64,000 nt of DNA from Lepidodermella squamata. Taxonomy: Eukaryota; Animalia; Gastrotricha. The notes beneath the pieces were generated by a model. It was not told the origin of the DNA. It searched no databases and saw only the letters and a list, made by a program, of their open reading frames with translations. The position numbers and the translations under genes are program-made. Below are positions 1 to 13,097 of this stretch, one piece after another. The stretch's first letter is position 1. Each line of letters begins with the position of its first letter. Location: contig JBLDXI010000007.1 in NCBI GenBank assembly GCA_047495785.1, forward strand, positions 620,001 through 684,000, read 5' to 3'.

Positions 1-365
1 GAGGAGTGGCGAATCACCGATTTCTTATTCAACCCTATGGTTTTGATGATGGTTGTACCACTGATCTTCATTTTCATCATGCCGAAAATGCAGCAAGACG
101 ACCCTGAAGTCCGCCAGCAGGTCGGTGAAATCCACCTTAATTTTTTTATCAGAATTTTAATTATTTCTCGTTTCAGATGCAAGCGATGATGAACCCAGGC
201 CAAAGCCTGCCTGATATGTCTGAAACGCTCACGCGAATGTTCGGCGGTGGCGGTAACCCGGGTCAAAACCGCCGAGCTGTGACCGCGGGTAGCTCAGCCG
301 CCGGTGGTGCGGCGGGTGCCAGCGGTGGCGCCTCAAAACGCAGCGGTTCCAACCGACGGAATTAA
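1..365 (+). CDS. EMC7: ER membrane protein complex subunit 7, 3' part (last two exons 1-120 and 177-365)
   Basis: Frame 1 reads EEWRITDFLFNPMVLMMVVPLIFIFIMPKM..DPEVRQQ. A 56-nt GT-AG intron (121-176) follows, then MQAMMNP..LPDMSETLTRMF and a Gly/Ser/basic tail. This matches the EMC7 C-terminal pattern (W..TDFL.NPMV.MMV.PL...LPD.SE..TR.F). Confidence 0.85.
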
Positions 366-2373
366 GCTCAAATGTTGATGGCTTTCTGTTTTTATCATCA
401 TCTTTACTCGATTGATTTGTCCCACAAAAAAAACGTACATCTGTAGTCTTGTCAATTTGCCTGTATTGTAATGTGTTTGTTTGTTTGTTAAAATGAGTAA
501 TATCGACGACGATGCGTAAAATAAAGAAATCGACGATGAGACGATATGACTGTTAAGAAGGGAAAGGTAGGGTTTGGCGAAATTTGTGAATCGTGAGGTT
601 TTAATGCCGCTTTCAAGATCATTGAACGTGGAGTCCAACGATATCAAAAAGAGGTTGATATCCATCAAGGTTGCTGAGGAGCTGGGCTTCAAAGTTTACA
701 GATGAAAATTGGTAATTTCGAAAAATGTGCTCCTGAAACAGCGTTTCTCACGACTGGGCATTTTACGACCCTAGAAGTGGTTTTCAAGAAAGTGGTGCGA
801 CCCTGGAGTTTGAAATTTTCATTTTTGGGGTTGCATTTCAAATTTAAATTTTTAAATTTTCTTCTTTTTTAAATGTTTAATTACGCTGTTAGGCCTCTTT
901 AGCAGGAACTAGTAATGGGCATCTCAAATTGTGAATACGCTTGGAACATGGATCCTGCAGCTGCCCATGCTGAAAATAATTATTTGCTATATTCCTAAAA
1001 ATGACGAGCGAAGCGCGGAAATTTTGAAGATTGTTCACTAAAAAATGCTCCAAATCCTGTTAGAATTGAGTGCGCTAGGTTTCATGTTCGTCTGCGTTCT
1101 GACCGAGCTGACCATCGTCTGAAAGTCGCACTCTGGCTAGGAAAGAGAGAAAATTAGCTTGAAAATTTAGAATTAGCTGGTTAATAAGTTTCAGAGCTGA
1201 AATTGTTGAAAAAGCACGTTAAACAGAACTGGAAAATTGATAATAAGTTATTTTTCACTTTTATCTCATCACTCATCATTTATTGAGCTTTTTACATATT
1301 TTTGCTTTGCGACCCATGCGACCCGCGGTCCAACCAGCGACTCGTCAGAAAAGCACCTGCGGCCCAATTTTGGGTCACCTCATGAGAGCTTAAAAAAAGC
1401 AGTTTTTTTTAATCAATCGATAATTCGTCGCGCAATTAATTCGGATGTTATTTTCTTGTGCGTATTCGAGATTTTTTGGGGTAATCTGAGGTGAGGAATG
1501 CAGTTCACTTGTTAACGGTCATATGTATTAATTTCGCATTCACTAGTAGTACTTCGAGTGCGCGGAAATCACACTCAAGTGGGTTGCATCAAACGCGTGC
1601 GGGTTCTGGTTGAGCCTCCTTAAAAGTGGAATTTTCAATTTAGTTCCCGTCGAGAGCGCACCTCGCACGCGCCCGTTAAGGCTTGATCGCGCAGCACGGG
1701 CCCGGCGGGCGGAATAGCGGCGGAAGCTGGAGATTTACACCTGACGAGGTCGCTGGTGCCATCCTACTGCCCGCTAGTAGTTCACTATATGGCTGTCATT
1801 GGTGTTTGCCAGGGATAATTGCACCTTGTCGTTTACACGTGTTATCTATCTATAGGCACGAGGCGATCATTAGCGTATCACTTTTATTAGGCAGAACGAG
1901 CTGTATAACCAGATGACGTGGAGAGCCATAATAATATTTTTGTGATACTCCTGAGGGCTGCCCGGGTGTTGCAACTTTGACAGTGTCACTGGCAATAAGT
2001 ACACACATTCGGTTACCGGGGCAGCGATTTGTGTCTTCGTGTCGTTGCGTAAACGCTTATTGGCCGATGATTGGGCGCGCGCGTGATGGACAGGCGCCCG
2101 CAGTGTGTTGAGGGCCACTCATCGGCGACGTTGAGTAGGCGTACGCCAAAACGGGCGCCTTCATCGGCGGCCGCACGACGAACCCGATAAGTGACTGGTG
2201 CGCGCGCGCTCGCTCACTTCGCTTGACACACTTCATTCGCCATGGTTAGTTATCTTGCAGTTAACGATAGATACCGCTCCGCAACTTCACGCTTCGTTTT
2301 CGCAGTAATCACTTCCACTTGTCATTATCGCAGCTAATTTAGATAGCGGATAATTACCTCGCTACGCCACGGG

Positions 2374-2379
2374 TATAAA
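2374..2379 (+). promoter_or_regulatory. TATA box of bHLH gene
   Basis: GGGTATAAAT about 85 nt upstream of the bHLH ATG. Confidence 0.55.
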
Positions 2380-2460
2380 TACCAGATTTAACCGTTTTGT
2401 CTCCGTAGACTTTATCGATTAACACAGTCCGTTGAAACCTGGTTTGATAAATCGCTCAGC

Positions 2461-3269
2461 ATGATGATGATGAATTACAACATGATGCTGCAACCGCAGG
2501 CCTTTTCGACCCCAGCTCGTGCTTCATCGACCGCGTCCTCCCACAGCCGTGGCGGCTCTTCCAGCGACTCGAGCCGCAGTGGCAAGGGCAAATTGTCGCA
2601 TCGGCAACGCGTCGCAGCCAACCAGCGCGAACGACGCCGCATGACCTCGCTGAACACGGCATTCGACGTTCTCCGCAAGCATCTGCCGGAAGGTGTTGCT
2701 AAGGAAGAAGCAACAAAAAAGTAAGTTTTTAAGTCTCACTCTTGAAACGCATTTTTTTATAAATTTATTTCATTTTCAGACCGATCAGCAAAGTCGAAAC
2801 GTTACGCCTCGCCATCGACTACATCGCTAAGCTGCAACGTGAGCTGACCGATTTCGACAACGAGTACGGCGTACCCGCTTTGGTTCCAGTGCAGGGTCAA
2901 CTGGTGCGTCAAATGCCTGATCAAATGCCGGCGAAGGCCAATCTACCTCAGCCAACCTATCCCGAATTGCCTGATCGCCATTGCTCCGGCCTGGTGACGC
3001 CGCCGGTTTACGCGTTCGGTGGCATGGTTCAGCATTCAGCCGCGCAAAATCGAAGCGCGCCGCATCGGTCATCTGCCCTGCCTCCACTTCAACCAATCGC
3101 CTCGAACCACAAGTTCAACTTCGCGTTCGAACAGTCGCCGAGCTACTCGACAACGCCTGGTTCGTCGTCTTCGTCTTCCTACGTTTCGCCTCAGGCGAAT
3201 TCTTGCTCTTTCAACAACAACTTCGCGTTTTGCCTGCAGGCTAACGCCCCTGTTTCGTGGTACTGCTAG
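2461..3269 (+). CDS. Group-A bHLH transcription factor (PTF1/Fer/atonal-achaete-related), 2 exons (2461-2720, 2780-3269)
   Basis: The basic region and helix 1 (QRVAANQRERRRMTSLNTAFDVLRKHLP) are joined across a 59-nt GTAAGT..TTCAG intron to PISKVETLRLAIDYIAKLQ. Subfamily cannot be resolved by eye. Confidence 0.9.
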
Positions 3270-4802
3270 TCTGTTTTAGAGATTATTCATGAATAATTTT
3301 ATATTCCCGGGTGTGTCGTGGCGTGTGTTTGTGTTTTTGTATATAATAACGAAAATGACAAGATGATGCTTACTATTAACTGCTTATTAAAAATCATCTC
3401 CTGAATTCCTTCATTGCTGATATTATCTTACAATATTATTCAATCTTTACAATCTTTATTATATTATTTGAAAAAATCGGTTTTTCCTTTATCGTTATCT
3501 TCCACTTTTTGAAGAAGAGAATCGGGTAGAATAATTTTTCGCACATCGCCGATTGATACATCGAAACTGAGATGCGCTTTTCTGTATTATTAGCGTGCAC
3601 TTTCCTAAATAAACACGATAAAGCGGCGGATTCGTTGTTTCCGTGTTTGCTGAGGTTTTTATCACATCAGCAGGGGTTCACGCGGTTATGATTGACGTGT
3701 CCGGTTGTTGGGTCGTACGAGTGTAATACAGGATAGACACTTCTAGCAGGGGTAAATGTTTATTGATGATATTGCTGTCGTGTGTCTCGGTGTCATAAAT
3801 CAATGTTTACAAATCAAGCGCAATCGCTTCCTATGTAGCGTCTGGTAATTTTGATTGCGAGACCGGACGAATCATGTCGATCGTAACCTTGTTGCCAAAT
3901 GCAGAGGAGCTAATACACATTTCAACTCATGTTCGTATTTAGCCGATGATAAACCCGCTGTTACTTCTTGGGCCTAAAAATTCGATCAATAATATTTGAT
4001 ACCAAAAGTACAATATATTTACTAATTTCCGATGGTGGCAACTTTTTATTGGAGATTATGGACCGGTAGATTTTGGTGGCTTGACGGTGTCTTCTAAGAA
4101 AAAATTTAAACTATCGTCGATGTAAAAATCGTTGTGTAATCAAGCCAAATAATTTTAGTAGTCGTATCAAGATTGAAAGGCGCTCATTTCAACCAACGAA
4201 CTCGCCCAGGTCTTCAAAGCATCGCACGAAACATTTCTGTGAGGTGAGGTTTGAATTAGCTCTTATGACTCTTCTGTGGCACAATTTTGGACCTTCAGCG
4301 GAACATGTGCTTCCAACACATACCTAGCAATCGTTTCAATCATACCTGGCTGATTTCATTACGAAACCTTTTAACGTGTCTCAACGGTCTTTGGCTAAGC
4401 CAAGGAGTTTCGAAGTAGCTATAATTTTTGAAGGCTGCTCGATTCATTTATATTTTTTCGAATCACGGGCAAGTGCCCGGAATTGCGCGATTTCAGTGTG
4501 TCGAAAGCTGAAGACTAGAGCTTGGAGGAATAGCAATTTTATTTCGTTGATTTAACAATTTTCTGAAGCACGCATTTTGTTACACTGAATCGTTCAATTT
4601 TGCTGAACGCCAACCGTGTGCAGAGCAGGAACGTTCCTGAATTAGCAGCTGCGAATAAATCGAAGTGGTATGTTTCAGTTATGAATCCCCTACGTTTTTG
4701 TGCCGGCAAACAAAGAATAATGCATTTATGCTTTCACTTGAGCGAATTATCGGAAAATTATAGCTAAGTTTACTTTATTAGATAGGAATTCAACCCCAAA
4801 TT

Positions 4803-4839
4803 AACACTGTTGCAACAACTTGTGGCCCTGAAAAGGGCC
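4803..4839 (-). terminator. Histone 3' stem-loop (4824-4839) plus conserved downstream element (H2B)
   Basis: Minus strand reads GGCCCTTTTCAGGGCC-ACAAGTTGTTGCAACAGTGTT, with AATAAA at 4779-4774. Confidence 0.95.
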
Positions 4840-4877
4840 GGTTCGGAGTCAGAAGACGATGTTGATGTCTTCTTGTC

Positions 4878-5252
4878 TTATTTCGAGCTGGTGTACTTGG
4901 TAACGGCCTTGGTGCCTTCTGAGACGGCGTGCTTGGCAAGCTCACCAGGCAGGAGAAGACGAACAGCCGTTTGTACCTCTCGACTGCTTATGGTGGCCTT
5001 CTTGTTGTAGTGCGCCAGGCGCGACGACTCGAGGGCGATGCGCTCGAAGATGTCGTTGACGAACGAGTTCATGATGGCCATGGCCTTGCCGGAGATGCCA
5101 GTGTCCGGGTGGACCTGCTTCAACACCTTGTAGATGTAGATGTTGTACGACTCGCGGCGGCGATGGCGCTTCTTCTTCTCGCCAGCGGTCTTCGGCTTCG
5201 CGGCCTTCTTCGAACCCTTCGAAGCGACTTTACCAGTAACCTTGGGCGACAT
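4878..5252 (-). CDS. H2B: Histone H2B (replication-dependent)
   Basis: [27 protein letters not shown]...[12 protein letters not shown]; intronless; 3' stem-loop. Confidence 0.99.
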   Translation of the reverse strand: MSPKVTGKVASKGSKKAAKPKTAGEKKKRHRRRESYNIYIYKVLKQVHPDTGISGKAMAIMNSFVNDIFERIALESSRLAHYNKKATISSREVQTAVRLLLPGELAKHAVSEGTKAVTKYTSSK

Positions 5253-5641
5253 GATTGATTGAGATTGTAAGCGGTGATAAAGCGAAAATTAATACAACTT
5301 CCGAACAATTTATGCGCGCATTTTCGCGTTCCTTATAACATCCGATCGGCATTAGCGCGCGCATCCTGTTGCTAACGAGTGTGTCGTTTCAAATTACGAC
5401 ACGTGCCTGGTAGCCACCAATAAAATGTGAGAAATAATTGTTAAGCGCGCGGTAAAAACACGCAAGTTGATTGGCTAATAAAGTAATAAACACTGAATTT
5501 GAAAATTTCTAATTTTTCAATGCCGGGGAAATTAATGCCAACGAGGGGTATAAAAGGGAAAATAAGGTGCTCGGCAAATTTGTTCGTGCTCAGACTGCAA
5601 TTTCGCATTCTTTTCGCTTTCACAACTAAACAACAACAACA
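5253..5641. promoter_or_regulatory. Bidirectional H2B/H2A promoter
   Basis: Lies between divergent genes. Contains CCAAT/ATTGG boxes, GCGCGC motifs and TATAAAA at 5549-5555. Confidence 0.7.
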
Positions 5642-6085
5642 ATGTCCGCTCCAGCTGCTGGTCGTGGTAAGGGAGGCAAGGCTAATCGTCAGAAGGCCAA
5701 GACGAAGTCATCGCGTGCTGGTCTTCAATTCCCGGTCGGTCGTATTACCCGTCTGTTGAAGCGCGGTAATTACGCCGAGCGTGTCGGTGCAGGTGCGCCC
5801 GTGTATCTCGCCGCCGTCATGGAGTACCTGGCTGCGGAAGTCCTCGAGTTGGCCGGTAACGCCGCTCGCGACAACAAGAAGACGCGTATCGTGCCTCGCC
5901 ACATTCAACTGGCCATCCGCAACGACGAGGAGTTGAACAAGCTGCTGTCGCACGTTACGATTGCCCAAGGCGGTGTTCTGCCCAACATCCAGACCGTCTT
6001 GCTGCCGAAGAAGACCGCCGAGGCACCCGCTGCCAAGCCGGCTTCAGGTGGCAAGAAGAAGGCCGCCGCTAGCCAATCGCAATAA
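5642..6085 (+). CDS. H2A: Histone H2A with H2A.X-like extended tail ending SQSQ
   Basis: [40 protein letters not shown] core; intronless; 3' stem-loop. Confidence 0.99.
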   Translation: MSAPAAGRGKGGKANRQKAKTKSSRAGLQFPVGRITRLLKRGNYAERVGAGAPVYLAAVMEYLAAEVLELAGNAARDNKKTRIVPRHIQLAIRNDEELNKLLSHVTIAQGGVLPNIQTVLLPKKTAEAPAAKPASGGKKKAAASQSQ

Positions 6086-6125
6086 GCGACATCGTCATCC
6101 AGCAGCTTTTCAAAAAGCATGAACC

Positions 6126-6162
6126 GGCCCTTTTCAGGGCCACAAGTTGTTGCAACAGTGTT
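6126..6162 (+). terminator. Histone 3' stem-loop (6126-6141) plus conserved downstream element (H2A)
   Basis: GGCCCTTTTCAGGGCC-ACAAGTTGTTGCAACAGTGTT, with AATAAA at 6186-6191. Confidence 0.95.
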
Positions 6163-7668
6163 TTCCTGTCTTACCTGTGACATTGAATAAAATAAAAGAT
6201 GAAATCACAAACGAACACAAACGGTCTAGCGAAATGGTATCCAGACGAATTTAATACTCCTGAAAATCGGTTGACGAAGGTGATAAAACATTGATTAATT
6301 GGAGACCAGGAATAATAAAGCTTGGTATCCTGGTATACTTAATATTACTCACAAGGGTATTCTTGCCATTCGATTAAAGTCGCCAAGTCGATTCAATAAT
6401 GAAATGTGAGGATGCATTCTGGTCTGCGCGAAATATTTTCACTACGTCAAACCTGATCAAATAAAATAATGTTGCTGCCTAATCGGGTTTCACGTTGCGA
6501 TTCTTGAATAAAAAAGGCCGTTATATCGTAATTTTTTCCGAGCGGGAGAGACGCCACGGCCTCGGCCACGGCTCGCATTTTTTGTCTCGAAAATTTTTTC
6601 AGTTGTAATCTTGAACAAAATAAATTTAAATTCGAAGCATACTGTACATGTTGCCTTAATATCCCATATCGCCAAGTTTATAAGCCAACTAATGGCTTGA
6701 ATCGCCCCCAAATCGCAGTGGCGATTGGCGATATCTCTCGCCATTACATTTAGCATGGTCAACGCACGTTCGCAAAATTGCGTGAAATGTTGTGCGAGAG
6801 ACATCAAATAAATCTATCCAGCGTCAAATCTGTGATAAACAGAGACATGCGGTTTTATCCATCAGAATTCTGCTGCTAGCACATCACATTTGGCTGCCGG
6901 CACAAACGTTCCGTAGCAGCTATTAAAATCGAATTTAGGTTGCCGGTATCGAGTCAAGGGAATCCTCGCTTACACTCGCCTCACAAAACTAGTTCCACCT
7001 TGAAACCGGCGATAGCTACAAACACGAGGCTTGCTGCGTTTATGGCTGCGTTGGTTCGTTCTCTCGAACCATGATAGTAGTACAAATAAGGATTGCAGAT
7101 TCTGATTTAGCGCAAAACTTTACCCCTACCCACCAAGTTTCATGACTGGCACACGCTGTCGCACCGCATGCAGCAACGCTAATGTCAGTCGCGAATGAAC
7201 TGAAAATGTCCCAAATCGTTTTTTCTCCCCTGTTTCGTGATGGTAAGTGATATAAGGGAGCAATACACCTCAATTTGCTCAGAATAATGACCTCTAGCTG
7301 GCAAAATAGCCCAGATGGGCGGAAACCATTGCCTTATGAACTTTGTCGCAAACTTCAGCCAAGAATCTGGAATCACTTGATTGGGTTTGATGGTATTGTT
7401 TGCGTTCGTCTGAAGGGTCTGAACAGAAATGCTTTGTTGCCGTAAGGCATATTTTACACGCGAGCTGCATCTTCTCTTTTATAACTATGACGGGATGCAT
7501 TTCTCAGACTTTTCCTCCGATCACAGCCCTATTTCAGATTCAAATTTTAGACAGCAATGTTCCTCATGCTGAACAATTGGTACCAATCGATTTCGTGATG
7601 GTGAGTGATATAACCATTAAAAAACCAGTGATTTGTTTATTAAAAAAATAAGCGCATTGAGACATTCA

Positions 7669-7705
7669 AACACTGTTGCAATAACTTGTGGCCCTGAAAA
7701 GGGCC
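7669..7705 (-). terminator. Histone 3' stem-loop (7690-7705) plus conserved downstream element (H4)
   Basis: Minus strand reads GGCCCTTTTCAGGGCC-ACAAGTTATTGCAACAGTGTT, with AATAAA at 7641-7636. Confidence 0.95.
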
Positions 7706-7754
7706 GGTTAGGGCTGAAGACGCTGATGTTGAGAGCAGTCGATTGATGATGATC

Positions 7755-8108
<354 letters not shown>

Positions 8109-8323
8109 TTAAGCCACTAACAATTGCACCGAAGAGTCGTCCCACAATATATGCACTAATAAATGCGTGCGCGTGTTTATTGGTCAGCCGTAATAATTGC
8201 GCACGCGTTTTATTGGCTGTCGTTTCGCGCGCTAACGGCCGGAAGCAAATTCAAATTGCACCGGTCTCATTGTCGGTTGTTTCTATTTGAATTGCACTAG
8301 CATTTTCTCTTAATAAAACCTAA

Positions 8324-8746
<423 letters not shown>

Positions 8747-8780
8747 GCGATCTCTGTCAACTGAAGATCTCACACCGACC

Positions 8781-8817
8781 GGCCCTTTTCAGGGCCACAA
8801 GTTGTTGCAACAGTGTT
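8781..8817 (+). terminator. Histone 3' stem-loop (8781-8796) plus conserved downstream element (H3)
   Basis: GGCCCTTTTCAGGGCC-ACAAGTTGTTGCAACAGTGTT, with AATAAA at 8856-8861. Confidence 0.95.
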
Positions 8818-9267
8818 AGCATGAAAACGAAATTCATTTGCAGTATTTTTATTTGAATAAAGTAAATATCGAGGAAGTGTAGATATCTACAGAAATTATC
8901 CCAAATCCTGAGCGAGGCTGGCGACCTGAACTGTGTGCCTCATGAGCAGCTCTTTTAAGTTCCGTTAGAAGCGATGAGAAAATGTTCCACTTGCAAGTAT
9001 TTGTGCGCCATGCTAGAACGAAACAAAAGGTGAAACCGCCTGATTCTAGCCAAGGAATTTAAAAGCAAATTGAAATAAATGTAATAACTAGCCCTGATGG
9101 ACAACACGTTTTCTTTATTTTCAAACACCTCATTTTTCGAAATTTCGGTCATCATACCAACCAGTCATACAAAAGGCTTCTTATCACCAAAAAAAATAAA
9201 ATAGAGCCGTCATTAAGCTTTTATTCAACTGCAAAAGTCGATAATGGAGTACAAACAGTTCGAAAGT

Positions 9268-12200
9268 TTATGAAAGAGACCGATCATGTGTTGATCTTGG
9301 CGGAAGTTGCATCAACTCAGCGTGCAAATCGATCGCCAGGTCAACCCCGGCGTCGTCGCGAATCGACGTCACCATTCGGTTATGTTTCAGAGTCAACGAT
9401 CCGAGGGTAGACAGCGTTTCCAGCAGAGACGACATCGCAGCCTCGGAGCCGTATTCAACTCGAACCAGGTCTAGCATTTGCTTCTGACTCGCCTCGACTT
9501 TCAGCTTGTAAGCCGGCGAGGGTGAGAAAAGCGTCAGGCCTAAAATGAGACCCATTCTTTCGGGTGAAATTCGACCCGCATCCTCGGGGAATGAGACAAA
9601 TTTTCGCAAACGGCGGCAAAAATCGAAGAGAGAACGGTAGAAATCACCGGCGCCAGAACAGCCGCTGAAAACGTAGGCTAGGAATGGCAACGAGTAAACG
9701 CAGCCCGAGTTGAGGAAGAAGCGCTTCGCAGTCTCGTCGATGAAAAATAAACTCGAAATGAACAGCATCTATAACAAAAGAATAAGAGATTTTAAGAACT
9801 GAGAATGCAAAATTTAAAAAATTTAGCAAAAAACAGCCTATTTTATAAACCTGTGGTCTTCAAGTTTCACTTCCTCAGTTGCTCAATGCCGGCGGAAGTG
9901 AAAGGTTAACTCTTCACTTACAACGGCTCGCTTCGTCTTTAGGTCGAAGGGGTAGCAATGTGTTTTAATTAGGGCTAACGCGTTCATGTGCAACTGCCTA
10001 AATTCTATCGCATGTTCGCAGACGGAACTCTCACTATTATGCCAGGCTTAACGACGGCCAACGAGTTTCTGGAATCTCTATGGCACTGTAACAATTAATC
10101 TCTTTGAATTTCTTTGCCAAGCTTTGACTCTCATTCTTGCGCAGCATGAAATTAGTTCGTGAAATTCGTGGAAATTGCTCCCAGCTATAATTAACGATAT
10201 GACCGGTGGTCGCAAGATCCACCCGGTTAACTGTGACTGCAGCTTTCTATTATTGCGTTGTGCTGTATTTGTCGCGAAGTAGCCGTGGATCCCCTTCGTC
10301 CGATGCCTCCAGTATCGCTGGCGATCGAGTGATTATCGAAGAATCCGACGCGTTTGCGGTACCGAATTCGCTTTCTACAGCAGGCGGCGGATGACCGGCG
10401 ACTACTCCAAACGGCTAGTGGTCCAAAGGCTCGACGTGCAAACGGCCCGCTGAGCCACCTGGAAGGCGAAGGCGTACAGCTTACCCGACTGGGCTGATCT
10501 GAACGAAGCAGAAGCTGACCTTAAAGGTGACGGCATTTGTAAACTGTCAAGATTGAAATCCAAGTTGGTTGACCGAAATGGCCCAGTTATAATTGAATTT
10601 TCTAGTGATGAAAATCGGCAGAAAATCGGCAGATCGTGGTTCCTGATCATCTTTACCTGGTTTGCGCATTTATAGACTCATTTAGTAGACGAGATAAGGC
10701 CACGTGTGATTTGTTTATCTGAAACTTGGTTGTAAAACGGTGATTTTGATAAATACGATTTGCTCGGCTACACTGCCTATCCTTCCGGACAAAATGGGTG
10801 GTGGTGTGGCCGTTCTTCTTCGCTCAGATTTAGAACTAGTTTCTATTACCGAATATGTTTACACTGAGGACGACCCGAAGTCAGCGACGGAGTGGCTCGC
10901 GGTCACGTTTCGACTGCCCGGTAGCAACAAAGAGCTGACCGTGGCGGCGCTCTATCGTGCGCCCGATGTCGAGCTCGACGCTGAGGCCGTTCTGAAGCGC
11001 GGCCGCTGCATGGTCTACGGCGACCACCTCTTCTTTGCGCCCCACCGTCCGAAGAACGCAGCCGAAGCTTACTTTCTCGAAAAATTTCTCCAAACTATGT
11101 ACCCCATACCCCACAGTGATAAATTTCCAATCGGGTGAAATTGTTGCAATTCTTGTGCCACTTCGTTCATTTGATTTACGATGACGCTGAAATTCTACAT
11201 TCAAATTCGGTGACAATTATTTCTATTCTAATTGTATGGGTTAAGTGCCGCCAGTTGCCAAAAACCTTAGCTCTTGACGTCGACCGCTTGCACGTCAGGT
11301 CCAAAATCTAGCTATACGCTATACACGCCTAATACTCTCTAAACGGTAAGAACTACTCCATTAATGATTTAGCGATTACTAGTTAGCGAAGAATTACGAC
11401 GAATTACTGTACATTAACCGTTTTTTTTTACCGAAATTTGGTACTTCGGCGACTTATTCTTTGTATTGGATCCTCAAATTTACCGCTTGATTTCCATTTC
11501 GACCAATTATCATCAACATTTTAGTTCGAATATTACCTCTAGAAGCGTGGCGCTGAGAAGAGCATGCTGTTCGTCTCCTACCAACCGATCGAATTCCGGT
11601 AATAACTTGGCAAATTTGACCAAAATACACAACTGGTCATTAAGATGAGCTTCAATGCGCCGCCAATGCTCGGAAACAGGCCAGTCTGAGGTGTCGTACA
11701 AAAATCTCGTCGGATTGTTGGCGGTAGCATCGAGAAATTCGCAAACCGGCTGCTCGTTCTCGAAGCGAATCCGCCGAACTCGCTCGAGTAAACTCGAAAA
11801 TGACTCGACCAAATAGCCACCGATTTGTTGAACGGTCAAACCTGAAGGCGAATTTACCAAGCAACTCGTTTCAATAGGTTGGATTGCACTTGAAACAGTT
11901 GCAGTTATTGGGAAATCATTGGGCCGATTTGTTGGAATTGAAGTCGGTAGTTGAATAATTAAAACTTGAGATTCGGAATTTTTCGGCAAAATAGGTATCG
12001 GAGCTTCTGATTTCTTCTTGCTCGGTGGCAATATTGGAGGGTCGTCATCAGGTACTAGCTAAAATTCAATACATTTACCAACCAAATAACGGAATTTTTT
12101 TTACAAACCTTGCTAGTACTTGGCAGTTCGGTATTTTTAAATTTAGCCAATTGAGCGATGGATCGATTAGCAGTATGTTCAGCGTGCCATCTATTACTCA

Positions 12201-12833
12201 AACCTCGTTGCAAAGCGTTTTTAACGTTATGATCTAGCCGTTTTAGAATCATTTTGCTAGGCTTTCCATAAGCTGCAGCTTTCTTCAGCAATCGGATAAG
12301 TTCTTCGCAGTCGATAAAACCAATTGCTTGAGGCTTCAACAATGACTCAGACATGTCTCTGTGAAAGCATTTCCGCGTTCCCTCCTGTAAATCTAAATAT
12401 TATAAGGATAAGCAGCTGATATATCAAGTTTTTGCTACTTACAGTTTCGATTCAAGCCAACTGTCAAGCATTTTTTCGCTTTGCAAAACCGACAGTGCGA
12501 CTGGCCGGGGAGTATGAGACAAGTCTGCTTTCGAGTAACACATGGCCAGGTATACAGCAACAGTGGGTCATTCACTATCGTACGCCAGAATCTCTGTTGA
12601 ACAAGAAAATCTTTAAACCGATTTAGCGTAACCAATTTCGACCTAACATGACAAGATTCGCATAGAACCGTGCCACAGTGTATCGCTGTAACCTCTGAAG
12701 TTCCGCAAATTTTACAATTTTTCGGCTCTTTATCGCCAGTTGAGTTGCTGTTGAACAGCTTCTGCACTTCGGACATCACATTACTGGAGCTCGCTATCGA
12801 TTCGGCACTCTGATCATCGATTAGTCTACTCAT
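9268..12833 (-). CDS. Divergent nuclear hormone receptor (NR1-like LBD); exons approx 12833-12648, 12593-12443, 12392-12109, 12058-11537, 9768-9268
   Basis: Spliced C4-C4 DBD: CKICG..IHCGTVLCESCHRFWR..CVTRKQTC..HCRFCKAKKCLTVGL. LBD signature: VKFAKLLPEFDRLVGDEQHALL. H12-like LHAELM at the end. All junctions are GT-AG and in phase. Confidence 0.85.
10206..11138 (+). mobile_element. Decayed non-LTR retrotransposon (ORF1 remnant plus APE endonuclease) inside the 1.77-kb nuclear-receptor intron
   Basis: RPRVICLSETWL* near 10700, then GGGVAVLLRSDL..EWLAVTF..LTVAALYRAPD, which are APE-endonuclease motifs. Interrupted by stops and frameshifts. Boundaries approximate. Confidence 0.75.
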
Positions 12834-13097
12834 GTAAATAAATAATTCTAATAACAAGGCATAAAACAAACATTTTCATCGATATAAGTTTATTCTTTCA
12901 GGCGTGGAAGGCATTCATAATTGCATAAAAACGGGGCATGGTTTTGAAAAAACTGGTTCTCGTTTTACGGGGTAACTCGCGTTTTTTTTATACTGAACTT
13001 CATTCACACAACATCAACAAAAAAGAGGTAGTCGATATGACTCGTTTGGCACATTTTCACTAAAGCTCGGGAATAGCAACAAGATCAGAATTAAAAA

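Noticed and set aside
739-1390. CAGCGTTTCTCA start and GCGACCC motifs suggesting a hAT-Charlie relic
   Set aside because: No matching right TIR or TSD could be established.
6490-7650. Short ORFs in the H2A-H4 spacer (possible H1, 5S/SL RNA or decayed gene)
   Set aside because: No H1, 5S or SL motifs found. The frames are broken and not assignable.
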